Assembly (NCBI GenBank): GCA_039811685.1
Contig: JBDHZC010000002.1
Location: 384,001 to 448,000, forward strand
DNA length: 64,000 bases
From: Armatimonadota bacterium
GTDB lineage: Bacteria; Armatimonadota; UBA5829; DSUL01
Direction of reading: 5' to 3'
Numbering within the stretch: the stretch's first letter is position 1; each line of letters begins with the position of its first letter. The notes beneath the pieces were generated by a model. That model saw nothing but the letters and a program-made list of their open reading frames with translations. It did not search any database and was not told the origin of the DNA. Below are positions 19,179-29,200 of the stretch, one piece after another. The translations under genes and the position numbers were made by a program.

Positions 19179-19787
19179 ATGGTCAGCAAGTCCGCGCCTT
19201 CAACAGACGACACCCGCGATGTCATTCTGGATGCTGCCAACCGCCTATTTGCTCGCTACGGTTATCGGAAGACAACTGTGGACGATCTTGCCCGCGAGGC
19301 GGGCATCGGCAAAGGCAGCGTCTATCTGCATTTCCCCAGCAAACAGGAGGTTGCTCTGTCGCTGATAGACAGGGTGAATGTGGAGTTGCAGGAGCAGTTG
19401 CGCGCAATTCTGCGGGAAGGATCGAGCCCGGAGTTACGACTGCGCAAAATGCTGGAGGCGCGGGTTTTGGTTCGCTTTGATGCGGTGCAGCATTTCACAG
19501 AGAGTCTGGACGACATCTTTGCGGACTTGCGTCCGCAGATTATGGAGCGGCGAGAGGGCTATCATCGGGTTGAAGCGCAGCTTTTTGCGACACTTCTGGA
19601 AGAGGCCAGGGCGAATGAGCAGATGCAGTTTGACAGCGCGCAGAACGCAGCCTACAGTCTTCTGATTGCCACAGCTTCTCTGTTGCCCTACAGTCTCAGC
19701 GCGCAGCAGTTGGGCGACCGTGACGAGATTATCAGGAAAGTGAGACGCCTGGCGGAGTTGATGTTGCGCGGACTCTTGAGCCGGTGA
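19179..19787 (+). CDS. TetR/AcrR family transcriptional regulator
   Basis: ILDAANRLF...TTVDDLAREAGIGKGSVYLHFPSK. Confidence 0.95.
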   Translation: MVSKSAPSTDDTRDVILDAANRLFARYGYRKTTVDDLAREAGIGKGSVYLHFPSKQEVALSLIDRVNVELQEQLRAILREGSSPELRLRKMLEARVLVRFDAVQHFTESLDDIFADLRPQIMERREGYHRVEAQLFATLLEEARANEQMQFDSAQNAAYSLLIATASLLPYSLSAQQLGDRDEIIRKVRRLAELMLRGLLSR

Positions 19788-19832
19788 CTCAGCCGGGAGT
19801 GCGGCGGTCTGCCCCGCATCAGGACCCTTTTT

Positions 19833-21356
19833 ATGTCAAAGAGTGAACAAGAGCTGAAGCCCTCTGTCGATATCCCGGAGCAGTTGGACGGGAATAGCGC
19901 TTCCAGTAACGGCAATACTCCCGGCGAAGGACAGAAGCGCTCCCGCGCGCCTGTCATCGTTGTCGCCAGTGTCATCGCTATCGTTGCCATAGCCTTTCTG
20001 TATAAAGCGTGGGTTTTCTCCTCCACCCACGAGACGACAGATAACGCGTTTCTGACTTCAGACGTCATCCAGATTGCGCCGCAGGTCACTGGGACTGTCA
20101 GCGAAATCCGCGTGAACGACAATCAGGAGGTGAAGAAGGGACAGCTTCTGGTGGTCATGGACGACTCTACCTACAGAGCCGCGTTTCAGCAGGCAAAGGC
20201 CAATCTCGACGCAGCTGTCGCTCAGGCAAAGGGGGCAGGCATCAGCGTCGGGATGACTGCGCAGACAGGAAGCGGACAACTTCAGGAGGCGCAGGCTGCC
20301 GTCTCGCAGGCTCAAAGCGCCGTTGCCGGAGCGGACGCAGATGTCATCAAGAGCTCAGCCGGCATCGGCACGGCGCAGGCTAACGCTCGCAGCGCTGAAG
20401 CCTCTGTCACGACCGCACAGGCCAACTATACCGCCGCGCTTGCCGCTAAGAAGCGCTACGGACAGGTGTTGAAATCTGCTCAGGCCGCACTGGACGCCGC
20501 ACAGGCGGACGCCGCCCGAGCGCAGCGCGACTCCAGGCGCTATGCCAGCCTGGTCTCGCAAGGGGCTGTCAGCGAAGAGACCGCCGATCAATACACATCA
20601 ACGGCTGCCTCGTTGGAGGCGCAGGTGGAAGGGCGAAAGGCTGACGTGGCCGCAGCCCAGGAGCAGATGGCTCTGGCGGACGCTGCGATCGAGCAGGCCC
20701 GAGCGCAGGTTTCCGCCGCCAAAGACCAGGCCGCAGCAGCCCAGGCCGGAGTCCGCCAGGCAAAGGCCGTAAGGCAGGCGGCGCAGCAGGCGGTCTCTGC
20801 CGCCAAGGGGAGGCACTCTCAAGCTGTCGGACAGCTTACGCAGGCCAGGACGGCGCCGGACCAGGTCGCCGTCAGCCAGAGCGCCCACAAACAGGCTTCA
20901 GCAAAGATTGAACAAGCTCGCGCGGCACTGGAGATGGCGCTGATTCAGCTTCAGGACACACGCATCTATGCGCCCGCCTCCGGACGAGTCAGTAAGAAGA
21001 GTGTGGAGCTTGGCTCACTGGTTCAGGTAGGCACTCCCCTGATGGCCATCATTCCTCAGGACGACATCTGGGTAACGGCGAACTACAAGGAAACACAGGT
21101 TGCGGGCATGCGCCCGGGAGCAGAGGCCCGAGTGGAGGTGGATGCGCTGCCCGGCAAGACTTTCACCGGAAAGGTGGACAGCGTAGCAGCTGCGACAGGA
21201 GCGACATTTGCTCTGCTCCCGCCAGACAACGCCACGGGTAACTTCACAAAAGTTGTTCAGCGCATTCCCGTAAAAATTGTCCTTGATCGCGAGCAGCCGG
21301 ACATAGAGCGCCTGCGCGCAGGGATGTCTGTGACAGCCATCGTGCGAACACGTTAG
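19833..21356 (+). CDS. emrA: EmrA/HlyD-family efflux periplasmic adaptor
   Basis: TTDNAF, VKKGQLL, long coiled coil, ANYKETQ, LLPPDNATGNFTKVVQRIPV. Confidence 0.9.
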   Translation: MSKSEQELKPSVDIPEQLDGNSASSNGNTPGEGQKRSRAPVIVVASVIAIVAIAFLYKAWVFSSTHETTDNAFLTSDVIQIAPQVTGTVSEIRVNDNQEVKKGQLLVVMDDSTYRAAFQQAKANLDAAVAQAKGAGISVGMTAQTGSGQLQEAQAAVSQAQSAVAGADADVIKSSAGIGTAQANARSAEASVTTAQANYTAALAAKKRYGQVLKSAQAALDAAQADAARAQRDSRRYASLVSQGAVSEETADQYTSTAASLEAQVEGRKADVAAAQEQMALADAAIEQARAQVSAAKDQAAAAQAGVRQAKAVRQAAQQAVSAAKGRHSQAVGQLTQARTAPDQVAVSQSAHKQASAKIEQARAALEMALIQLQDTRIYAPASGRVSKKSVELGSLVQVGTPLMAIIPQDDIWVTANYKETQVAGMRPGAEARVEVDALPGKTFTGKVDSVAAATGATFALLPPDNATGNFTKVVQRIPVKIVLDREQPDIERLRAGMSVTAIVRTR

Positions 21357-21368
21357 GAGACGCCATAG

Positions 21369-22979
21369 TTGTCAACTGCGGTTGAAGTAGGCGGCGAGGA
21401 ATACACAGACTACACCTCGTTTGCGCGCTGGATGGCGCTGGTGGCGGTGATGTTGGGCACCATCATGGAAGTGCTGGACGTCACCGTCGTCAACGTGGCT
21501 ATCCCGCATATGATGGCCAACCTGGGCGCGACGCTGGATCAGATTGGCTGGGTCTCCACCGGCTATATCATCGCAAACGTCATTATCCTGCCGCTTACTG
21601 GCTGGCTCTCCAGCACATTTGGCCGCCGGGAGTACCTCGCTGCGTCCATGCTGCTGTTCACCGCCGCATCCTTCATGTGCGGCACGTCTCAATCCCTTAA
21701 CCAGCTTGTGTTTTTCCGGATTATGCAGGGGGCTGGCGGCGCTGCGCTTCTCTCCACAGCGCAGGCTACACTCCTGGAGATCTTCCCTCCACAACAGGTC
21801 GGAATGGTGCAGGGCATCTTCAGCCTGGGAGTCGTTATGGCTCCGACGCTTGGCCCCACTCTAGGCGGCTGGATTACGGACAACTACACCTGGCCCTGGG
21901 TGTTCTTCATCAACATGCCCATCGGCATCGTCGCTATCACTCTAACACTATTGTTTCTGAAAGACTCCAAGTACCACGCGCCAGGCGAGAATGGAAACGG
22001 CAGCCGCAACGGTCACGGCCGGGTGGACTTCATCGGCATCGGTGTCCTCGCCATCGGCCTGGGAAGTCTGCAGACAGTCCTTGAAAAAGGTAACCGTGAA
22101 GGCTGGCTGGAATCCCCGCTCATCGTCTGGCTCGGCATTATCTCTCTAGTGGCGCTGGTGGCCTTTCTGTGGTGGGAGCTTCACACACCCTACCCGGCTG
22201 TAAACTTGAGATTGTTCAAGAATCGCAGTTTTGCGGCTGGTACCGCGCTCGGGGCAGTGCTCGGATACGGGTTGTACGGCGGCGTCTTTATCCTCCCAGT
22301 TTTTCTTCAGAACCTGCGCCAGTTTACGGCAGAACAAACGGGTCTGCTGCTGTTACCGGGCGGCATTGCAACCGGTATAACGGCGATGATTGTCGGGCGC
22401 AGTATGGGCAAAATAGACGCCAGAATCATGCTGCTCTTCGGCGGAGCCGGAGTTGCGATCTCTATGCTGATGATGCACTCCATCACCATGGATACCGGGT
22501 ACGAGCACCTTTACTGGCCGCTTATCATCCGTGGATTCGCTCTGGGTTGCATCTTTGTACCTCTGACTCTGACCACGCTGACCGGACTGAAGGGCAAGGA
22601 TGTCTCCTACGGGACCGGGCTATTCAACCTGTCGCGGCAGCTTGGAGGCAGCATCGGGATCGCCTACCTCTCCACAATCGTGGACCACGGCATCGCTTTT
22701 CACCGGGCGGATCTGGTGCAAAACGTGACGGAGTACAGTCAGGCAACCGTAGCGCGGCTACAGGGACTGCAGCAGATGCTGATGAGTAAGGGGGCGCCGG
22801 CGTCCGTCGCCAAGAAGCAGGCGCTGGCTATCATTGATGGGACGGTCCAACAGCAGGCTGCAGTATTGAGCTACGAACACGCCTTCCTGACCATCGCCAT
22901 CGCGTTTGCCTTCACTCTGCCACTGATTCTGCTGTTCCGAAAATCCGGCAAGCCCGTGGGGCACGTGCATATAGAATAG
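21369..22979 (+). CDS. emrB: DHA2/EmrB-family MFS efflux permease
   Basis: LDVTVVNVA, WVSTGY, GPTLGGWITD..WPWVFFINMP, 14-TM pattern. Confidence 0.92.
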   Translation: MSTAVEVGGEEYTDYTSFARWMALVAVMLGTIMEVLDVTVVNVAIPHMMANLGATLDQIGWVSTGYIIANVIILPLTGWLSSTFGRREYLAASMLLFTAASFMCGTSQSLNQLVFFRIMQGAGGAALLSTAQATLLEIFPPQQVGMVQGIFSLGVVMAPTLGPTLGGWITDNYTWPWVFFINMPIGIVAITLTLLFLKDSKYHAPGENGNGSRNGHGRVDFIGIGVLAIGLGSLQTVLEKGNREGWLESPLIVWLGIISLVALVAFLWWELHTPYPAVNLRLFKNRSFAAGTALGAVLGYGLYGGVFILPVFLQNLRQFTAEQTGLLLLPGGIATGITAMIVGRSMGKIDARIMLLFGGAGVAISMLMMHSITMDTGYEHLYWPLIIRGFALGCIFVPLTLTTLTGLKGKDVSYGTGLFNLSRQLGGSIGIAYLSTIVDHGIAFHRADLVQNVTEYSQATVARLQGLQQMLMSKGAPASVAKKQALAIIDGTVQQQAAVLSYEHAFLTIAIAFAFTLPLILLFRKSGKPVGHVHIE

Positions 22980-23059
22980 AGGCCTGCGGCGTCACGCGCG
23001 CGCGAACTACAGCGCTCTGGAGGAGATATCTGATGGGGCGGTCACTCCGCAGACGGACG

Positions 23060-23299
23060 TTAGTGCTGGTAATCTACGTCGGCGGCATCTGCAGTGGCCG
23101 GTTTTGAGCTCTTGATCAGCTCGTCAGCAGCCGGAGCGGAGCTTGTTGGTGAGGTCATTGGCGCTACCGCCTGAACCTGCCGCTGCTGACCTAAAGGCAA
23201 CACATGCGCTTCAGTCAATGCCAGAATGGTTCCAATCGCCAGCATTGCCACTGATGCCACAGTCGCCATTAAAATGACCAGCGCCCTTGCCTTGATCAT
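23060..23299 (-). CDS. Small membrane-anchored/secreted hypothetical protein (79 aa)
   Basis: ATG 23299; hydrophobic N-terminal helix then Pro/Ala-rich tail. Confidence 0.55.
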   Translation of the reverse strand: MIKARALVILMATVASVAMLAIGTILALTEAHVLPLGQQRQVQAVAPMTSPTSSAPAADELIKSSKPATADAADVDYQH

Positions 23300-23715
23300 G
23301 CTTTTGCCATCTCGCTTTCCGGTGTAAACCTTGCGATCCGGGCGCCCGCACAGCAACCCGGCCTCTTCGACGAAAACTGCCTTTGTAAAGAGACAATGCG
23401 CCTTGAAGCCAGATTGGCCCCTTGCGCCATTGAAACCAACAAATGTCTGCGAGCCCGTCAGGATATACAATCTCCTGACATCAGTGTCCTGATATCGACA
23501 TACCCTGTCGCTATGGACAGGAACCGGGCGCCGCACCGGCGGTCTCAGATGCTTCAGCCTTAGACGAACCCGGCGTGCCCTGGGTTACTCAATACAGTCG
23601 GAACTTCAGACGCACTGGCGTGCGGTTGGTGACCTTGAAGATGCCACGCGAGAGATGTGTGCGCTGCACAGCACCCTGTTGAGGACTGTTCTGTGCAGCG
23701 CGGAGTCTTTCCTCC
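23300..23715 (-). ncRNA. Candidate structured leader or ncRNA
   Basis: Starts just downstream of TGcTACAAT (23728..23720); five to six stem-loops including an 11-bp perfect stem at 23661-23701. Confidence 0.35.
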
Positions 23716-23819
23716 AACTATTGTAGCATTTTTGCGCACAGAATGCGACCTGCGGAATATGCCAGCCTAGAAGGAAGCAAGGCAGAACGAAGCCCTGCGA
23801 CAGACGAATAAGCTTCTCG

Positions 23820-23848
23820 TTGACTCAAAGCTGCTCAGGTGCTACCAT
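23820..23848 (+). promoter_or_regulatory. Sigma70 promoter for the 557-aa membrane protein
   Basis: TTGACT-N17-TACCAT with TG extension. Confidence 0.65.
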
Positions 23849-23914
23849 ACGCTCGCGCGCGAAAGGACACGCTTCGGCGCAGTTGCGCGCGCTATTTACC
23901 TGTGGAGCAAGGAC

Positions 23915-25588
23915 ATGGAAGCCTCATCAGCACTGAAGTTTTTGCGGTTGGTGGTCTGGATAGCGCCGGTTCTGGCGATTGCCTGGGTACTCCTGGCCGA
24001 TCTGATGGACAGGACCCAGGACGGACGCCGGGAACCACTCACCCCGTTGTTGCTCTTTGGCTGCGCCGCTGTCGCGCTGACATTAGCGGCGGCCTGGGCA
24101 GTGAGCGCAGCCGTCCACAAAGGCGCCGAGGATACAGTGCTGTGGCCAAATATTCTGGCGGGCGGCGCTTGCGCTCTGGCCGGGGCCGCTTTAGTCGGCC
24201 ACATCCACCGCCGCCAGCTGGAGTCCTCCGCCTCCGCCGGAGCGCCCCGCGCTCAGTCTGACGCAGCGATTCTCGCGGTTGCTATTCCCGTTTCGTTGGC
24301 CGGTTATCTGATTTCGAAATCCGGGGCGCGTCCGGACGCGTGGCTGAGCGCTGCGCCACTCGGAAGCGCCGCATTTGTCTCTCTTTTTGTTCTCGCAGCC
24401 CGCGCACAGCGCCGCGCTTCTCCAGGATCTGCGCTGCCGCTGCGGCTGAGCGGCCCGCTGGAAATGCTGGCGGCGGTATGCGCCGTCGTCGCGCTCAGCA
24501 TGCTTGTGGGAAGGCTTCTTCGCTTCGACGAGCAGCTCATCAAGCACGCGGGTGATGTGGTTGCGATGAGCTTGGCCGTTGGCCTGCTGCTCTGGCTGCC
24601 ACTCAGCGTAATTCAGCGCACTCTTGCTCCGCGCTGCCTGATATTTCCGATAGGAGCCTCCGTCATTTACACCAGTGTTGGGGCATGGCTGTTTGGACTC
24701 GTCGCAAAGGCGAACTTGCTGGGAAGCCCTGTGTCGCAGTGCCTGCAAGTGGGACTGGCGGCCGGGATAGTGCTTGCGCTCATGAGCACGGCCGGGCTGT
24801 TTCACAGGGAGTCCGGCTACAGCGCACAGGCCAACGCAATCGCTCTGGTTGTTATCGCCTCGGCGCTGGCTCTGTGCTTGCGGCTGCTGGCAGGCTTCGG
24901 AGTGGCAGCGTGCGCCGGTGGAATGGTCGCCGCAGTGCCCGTCTGGGCGCTTCTGACGCCGTGGCGCACAAAATCTGAGCTGGGGGCAGAGCATGCGTTT
25001 CCGGCGTCTCTGGTGTGGGGCGCTGGCTTCCTCGCGTGCGTGGCGGCGCTTCGCATCTGGCTTTCCTTGAACGATGCGACAAGTATCAACATCTTCTCTT
25101 CTTATCCGCTGCTGGGGATGATCATCGGCCTTTCCCTGCCTTTTGTCGTCTGGTCGCTCAGCGCAGGACGCAACGAAGACGCGGTCTCACCAGGCGGAAC
25201 GGCGCTGGCGCTGTTTGGCTCTGTAGTTGGATGGCTTGTGGTGGTCGGGGCAATAGCGGGGGTCGCTGTCGTGCTGCGAGAGCCTGCAGTACGCCTGTTT
25301 TTATTCGGATTGGGAGCTTCGGGACTGGCCGGTCTGGCCGTAGCAGGCGCCGTGCGTGAAGAGTGGACAAGCGCTCCGGTTGTGTCCACGGCGCTTCTGT
25401 CTTCGCTGCTGACTGTGACGTGCGCCAGAGCGCTTATGGATATTTCAGCAGAAGCGAGCCGGCCGGAAAAAGTCAAAGCGCTGGCAGTCATCTTTGGCGC
25501 CGTGATTGTGTTCTATCTGCTACTTGAGATATGGCGGACGCTGGCTCTGCGCCAAAGGACAACCGCGATTATTGTGGAGGAGCCGTAA
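23915..25588 (+). CDS. Polytopic membrane protein of unknown function (~15-16 TM)
   Basis: 557 aa, almost entirely hydrophobic segments; RBS and promoter upstream. Confidence 0.8.
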   Translation: MEASSALKFLRLVVWIAPVLAIAWVLLADLMDRTQDGRREPLTPLLLFGCAAVALTLAAAWAVSAAVHKGAEDTVLWPNILAGGACALAGAALVGHIHRRQLESSASAGAPRAQSDAAILAVAIPVSLAGYLISKSGARPDAWLSAAPLGSAAFVSLFVLAARAQRRASPGSALPLRLSGPLEMLAAVCAVVALSMLVGRLLRFDEQLIKHAGDVVAMSLAVGLLLWLPLSVIQRTLAPRCLIFPIGASVIYTSVGAWLFGLVAKANLLGSPVSQCLQVGLAAGIVLALMSTAGLFHRESGYSAQANAIALVVIASALALCLRLLAGFGVAACAGGMVAAVPVWALLTPWRTKSELGAEHAFPASLVWGAGFLACVAALRIWLSLNDATSINIFSSYPLLGMIIGLSLPFVVWSLSAGRNEDAVSPGGTALALFGSVVGWLVVVGAIAGVAVVLREPAVRLFLFGLGASGLAGLAVAGAVREEWTSAPVVSTALLSSLLTVTCARALMDISAEASRPEKVKALAVIFGAVIVFYLLLEIWRTLALRQRTTAIIVEEP

Positions 25589-26276
25589 TAGCGGATCGCG
25601 TGGGTTGGCCCACAAGGTAGCTGTCAACAGACAGGCGTTCTCTCTGGCTTCCTCGAACACGCCAGAGGCTGGCGATAAGGCGCGGTCCGGCGCGTCTCTG
25701 GTGAGCTTCAACTCGCACATTTGACCGCGCGCCCGCGCCAACAACAGACACGACCAGCCGAGCGCCAGCCGCCTCAGCTCGCACATTCACCGGTGTGGCG
25801 CGGTTGTTGCGAAAACGCAAGTCCGCTACCCCCAAAGCCACCGTAGCATCGCGCCCGCACGGGACACTGGCGATTGGCCGGGAATGCGCGTGGCGCTCGG
25901 TGATCTCCAGGTCAGCCAATACGGCCGCGTTGTAGAGTGTGGATGAGACCTGACAGATACCGCCTGCCACTGCATCCTCCACCGCGTTTCCAACGTACGC
26001 CCGCGCCTCCTTCCAGCCACGGTCCGAGGTGGTCGGACCGAGCGCCTGAGCCATAGAAAACTCTTTGCCAGGGAGGATAGCGCGCGCGTCAATCAGGCGC
26101 GCGGCGCGGCGTATATTGGCCAACTGATCAGAACTTCGCCCCTGAAGCGTTGTTGAATAGCTCCCCAATACAGTCCGCCCGGAGGACTCCACGAGCCTTG
26201 AGCCTACCCAGAGAAGAGCCACCAGCGACAGAACACCGACAACGCCTGCCCAGACTCTCATCGAGCGAGTTTTCAC
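25569..26276 (-). CDS. VanW-domain protein (predicted L,D-transpeptidase), membrane-anchored
   Basis: N-terminal TM; NI..AA..ID...PG.EFS, GGICQVSSTLYNA, ERHAHS, GRDATVA..DLRFRN. Confidence 0.9.
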   Translation of the reverse strand: MKTRSMRVWAGVVGVLSLVALLWVGSRLVESSGRTVLGSYSTTLQGRSSDQLANIRRAARLIDARAILPGKEFSMAQALGPTTSDRGWKEARAYVGNAVEDAVAGGICQVSSTLYNAAVLADLEITERHAHSRPIASVPCGRDATVALGVADLRFRNNRATPVNVRAEAAGARLVVSVVGAGARSNVRVEAHQRRAGPRLIASLWRVRGSQRERLSVDSYLVGQPTRSAITAPPQ

Positions 26277-29200
26277 CGCACACTCAGCCTGTCTTCCGAG
26301 GAGCTTCCGGACATCAAGGGCTGGTACATCGAGTAAGCCTGGCAGGGCATTACATGCAGATCGCCCGGCACTTCAGCGCGTACATCAAAGCTGATCTCCC
26401 GCTCTGCGCCGGACATAAAGCGCACGAACGCGCCTACCTTCTCATCGTGAATCTCCAACCCTGAGTAGGAGTTGTCCCATTCCCTCTCCGGGTGCATCAC
26501 TTCAAACCCGCTCGGCAGCGGGTTGTCAACCAGAACATAGGAGGCATCGCCTTTGCCGCGAATCTTGATTTGCACCCGAACGACCTCGCCAACCTTTATG
26601 CGGCCACGCACAGGCTGCGTGTCCTCAGTGTACTTCGGCGCTCCGTCGTCTCCCACGCCCGCGCGCGTCAACTTCACGCGCAGCAAGTTTCTCTCAACAG
26701 TGAAAAAGCCCTTCTGTGCAGGAACGTCCTCGCGCGAGCTCAGATAGCTCAGGTTCGCGGTCCAGAACAGCGGCCCGCTTCCAGACTTCGTTATCACAAT
26801 CCGGTTGACGCCCCGGTTCAGCTTGCTGTTTTCAATGATGAAGCTCTTTGGCCTGCGGAAGTAGTCTTCACGCGTGACGTCAAACGTTCCTACGCTGCGG
26901 CCGTTAACCTGCACGTTCGCGGAATAGGTCACAGGCTGCACGCGTTCCAGATGCTCAAGCAGCGCCAGCGTGCACAGCGCTGTGTCACGGGTGGAAACCC
27001 AGTATCCTCCGCTGCGGCGCTCTGCCAGATAGCGCGCGGCCGGCTCCAGAGCGTCCACCGGGCGGCCGGCCCGCGACAGCACGCGCATAGCCATGGCAGT
27101 GGCAGCGTAGTCACTCCAGTAGTTCGAGGTCTGCTCGTTGTGCCAGAGCAACAGACCTTCAGAGCGTTTGGCGCGCTTTTCGAGCAACGACGCAATCTCC
27201 GCCAGCGCCGCTCCTCTCCCTGCGCTTGAGGCCGCCATACCCAGGCATGCCACACCGAAGACAGACATCTCAGAGCGTTTCGCATACAGCGCGTCAAAGC
27301 TCTGTATATCGAATCCTCCGCTCGCTGCCAGCGCCATTACCGCGTACGCCCGGTCTTCCAGAGTGGCCAGATACCTGGGCTGCGCCTTTGGGCGGTCCTG
27401 CGCGGTAGGTCTGGGCGGAAGGGGTTGCCGCATGTGCCGTCCGAGCCACGACGCCGCAGACTCTATCATCCCGGAAGGAATCGAAACACCTGCTTCTCGA
27501 GCCTGCACAAGCCCCAGCAGCGCATACGCCGTCATCCCTACGTCCGCATCCGTCTCGCTATACCATCCGAACGACCCGTCCGAATGCTGCATTTCCCTCA
27601 GTTTTCGAAGTCCGTGCGCGATCATTTTCGGAAGCTCAGCGCGCGTTTTTTCGTCCACGGGCGCCCCAAGGTTTGTCAGTGCCTGCTGCACCAGAACGTC
27701 CGGTACAAAGCTGGACACCGTCTGCTCCACGCACCCCCACGGGTACGTCGCAAGATACCCAAGAGCCTGAATCACCGCGCCCGCCGCCGAGGGTGTCAGA
27801 TCTATACGCAGCGCTGCGCCGGACAGTTGACCATCCCTGTCCATACTGAGGGCAACGCTTGCGCCCTCTTCACCCGAAGCGCCTCCGGAAGCGTCCCTGA
27901 ACATACGCGCACCGTGCGGATAGACTGGGAAGCTCATCTGAAGGCGATCCACCGCGCTGCGGTCGTCAGTGATTGCCTCCGCCAGCAGAGTCGCCTCTCC
28001 TGGTGTCGTTACTTCCACCGGGAACTCCACGCGCGCCGTACCATTGGCCTCTACAGTTGCGCTGCGCACAGTGCCGGAACGCAGCTTCAGCCCTCTGGCA
28101 GTCAGGCGCACACTCACTTTCTTGCGAGCGCCCGTGTAGTTGTGAACCACCGCCCCGAGCGTCTGAGTGTCCCGCTGACGGAAGAAGCGCGGAACTTGCA
28201 GACGCACAATCAGGTCTTTCGTTACCGTCACCTTCTGAGTGCCAGCCCCAACGGCAGTCGTATCCGTTACAGCACGAGCGGTCGCTCGCCAGGTGGTGAG
28301 TGAATCTGGCATTGTGAAAGAGACAGTCGCCACTCCGAGGGAGTCTGTCTTAATGACAGGATTCCAGTACGCGGTGTCTGGGAAGTACTTGCGCACCTTG
28401 TTTTCGAACTTGTCCAATCCGCCGTAGTAGTAGTCTTCAAGGCTGTTGGAAGTGTTCACGTTGTTGGAGCGCGGCCCCCAGAAGTACTTCTGAATATCCG
28501 GCGTACTGTCGTTTCGCAAAGCGTAGATGGACTCATCCACGACCCCCAGCGAAACTTCAGCGGGCACTCCATGGCCGGAGGCGTTCAGCGTCTCAATGGT
28601 GTAGGTCGCCTTCTCGCCGGGCTGGTAGCGCTGTTTGTTACTCGTAATCTTGACAGTAAGGAGGCTGTCCTGAGGAGATATGGCAATGCCTGTCTCCTGT
28701 GACTGAATCTGCCTGTCAGCCAGCAGAGTGCACACCAGAGTCACACTTGGGAGGTAGTCGTTCTCAATGGGCAGATCCAGCATGTACGCAGCGCCTTTGG
28801 TGCGAACCACACGGGCTTCGTACAACTTTTCTCCTTCCACTGTCAGGAGAAGTGTGGCGGACGGGTGGTTGGACTTGATGAGAATGTGCGCCGTGTCACC
28901 CTTCTGGTACATCTTCTTGTCCGGGACGATTGTCAGAGCTTCTTCTGAGCTCGAGGACTCCTCCCAAAAAGCCTCTGTCCCCACATACACGTAGGCCTCT
29001 GCCTGCGCTGTGCGCCCTGCGGAGTCTTTTGCCCGGAAAGTAAAGACCAGTTGACCCTGCGCCGTTGCCTTCCAGCTCAGCGTGGCCAATCCGCCAGCGT
29101 CTGTGCGCGCTGAACCGGTTCCGACCTGACGCCGGATTTCCTTTCCACCTCTCCAGTCAGCACGCTCGATGACGACGTCTATTGGCTTATCCGGCACTAT

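Noticed and set aside
23700..23716. RNase P-like GAGGAAAG word on the minus strand
   Set aside because: Not followed by TCCG, and no matching 3' conserved region
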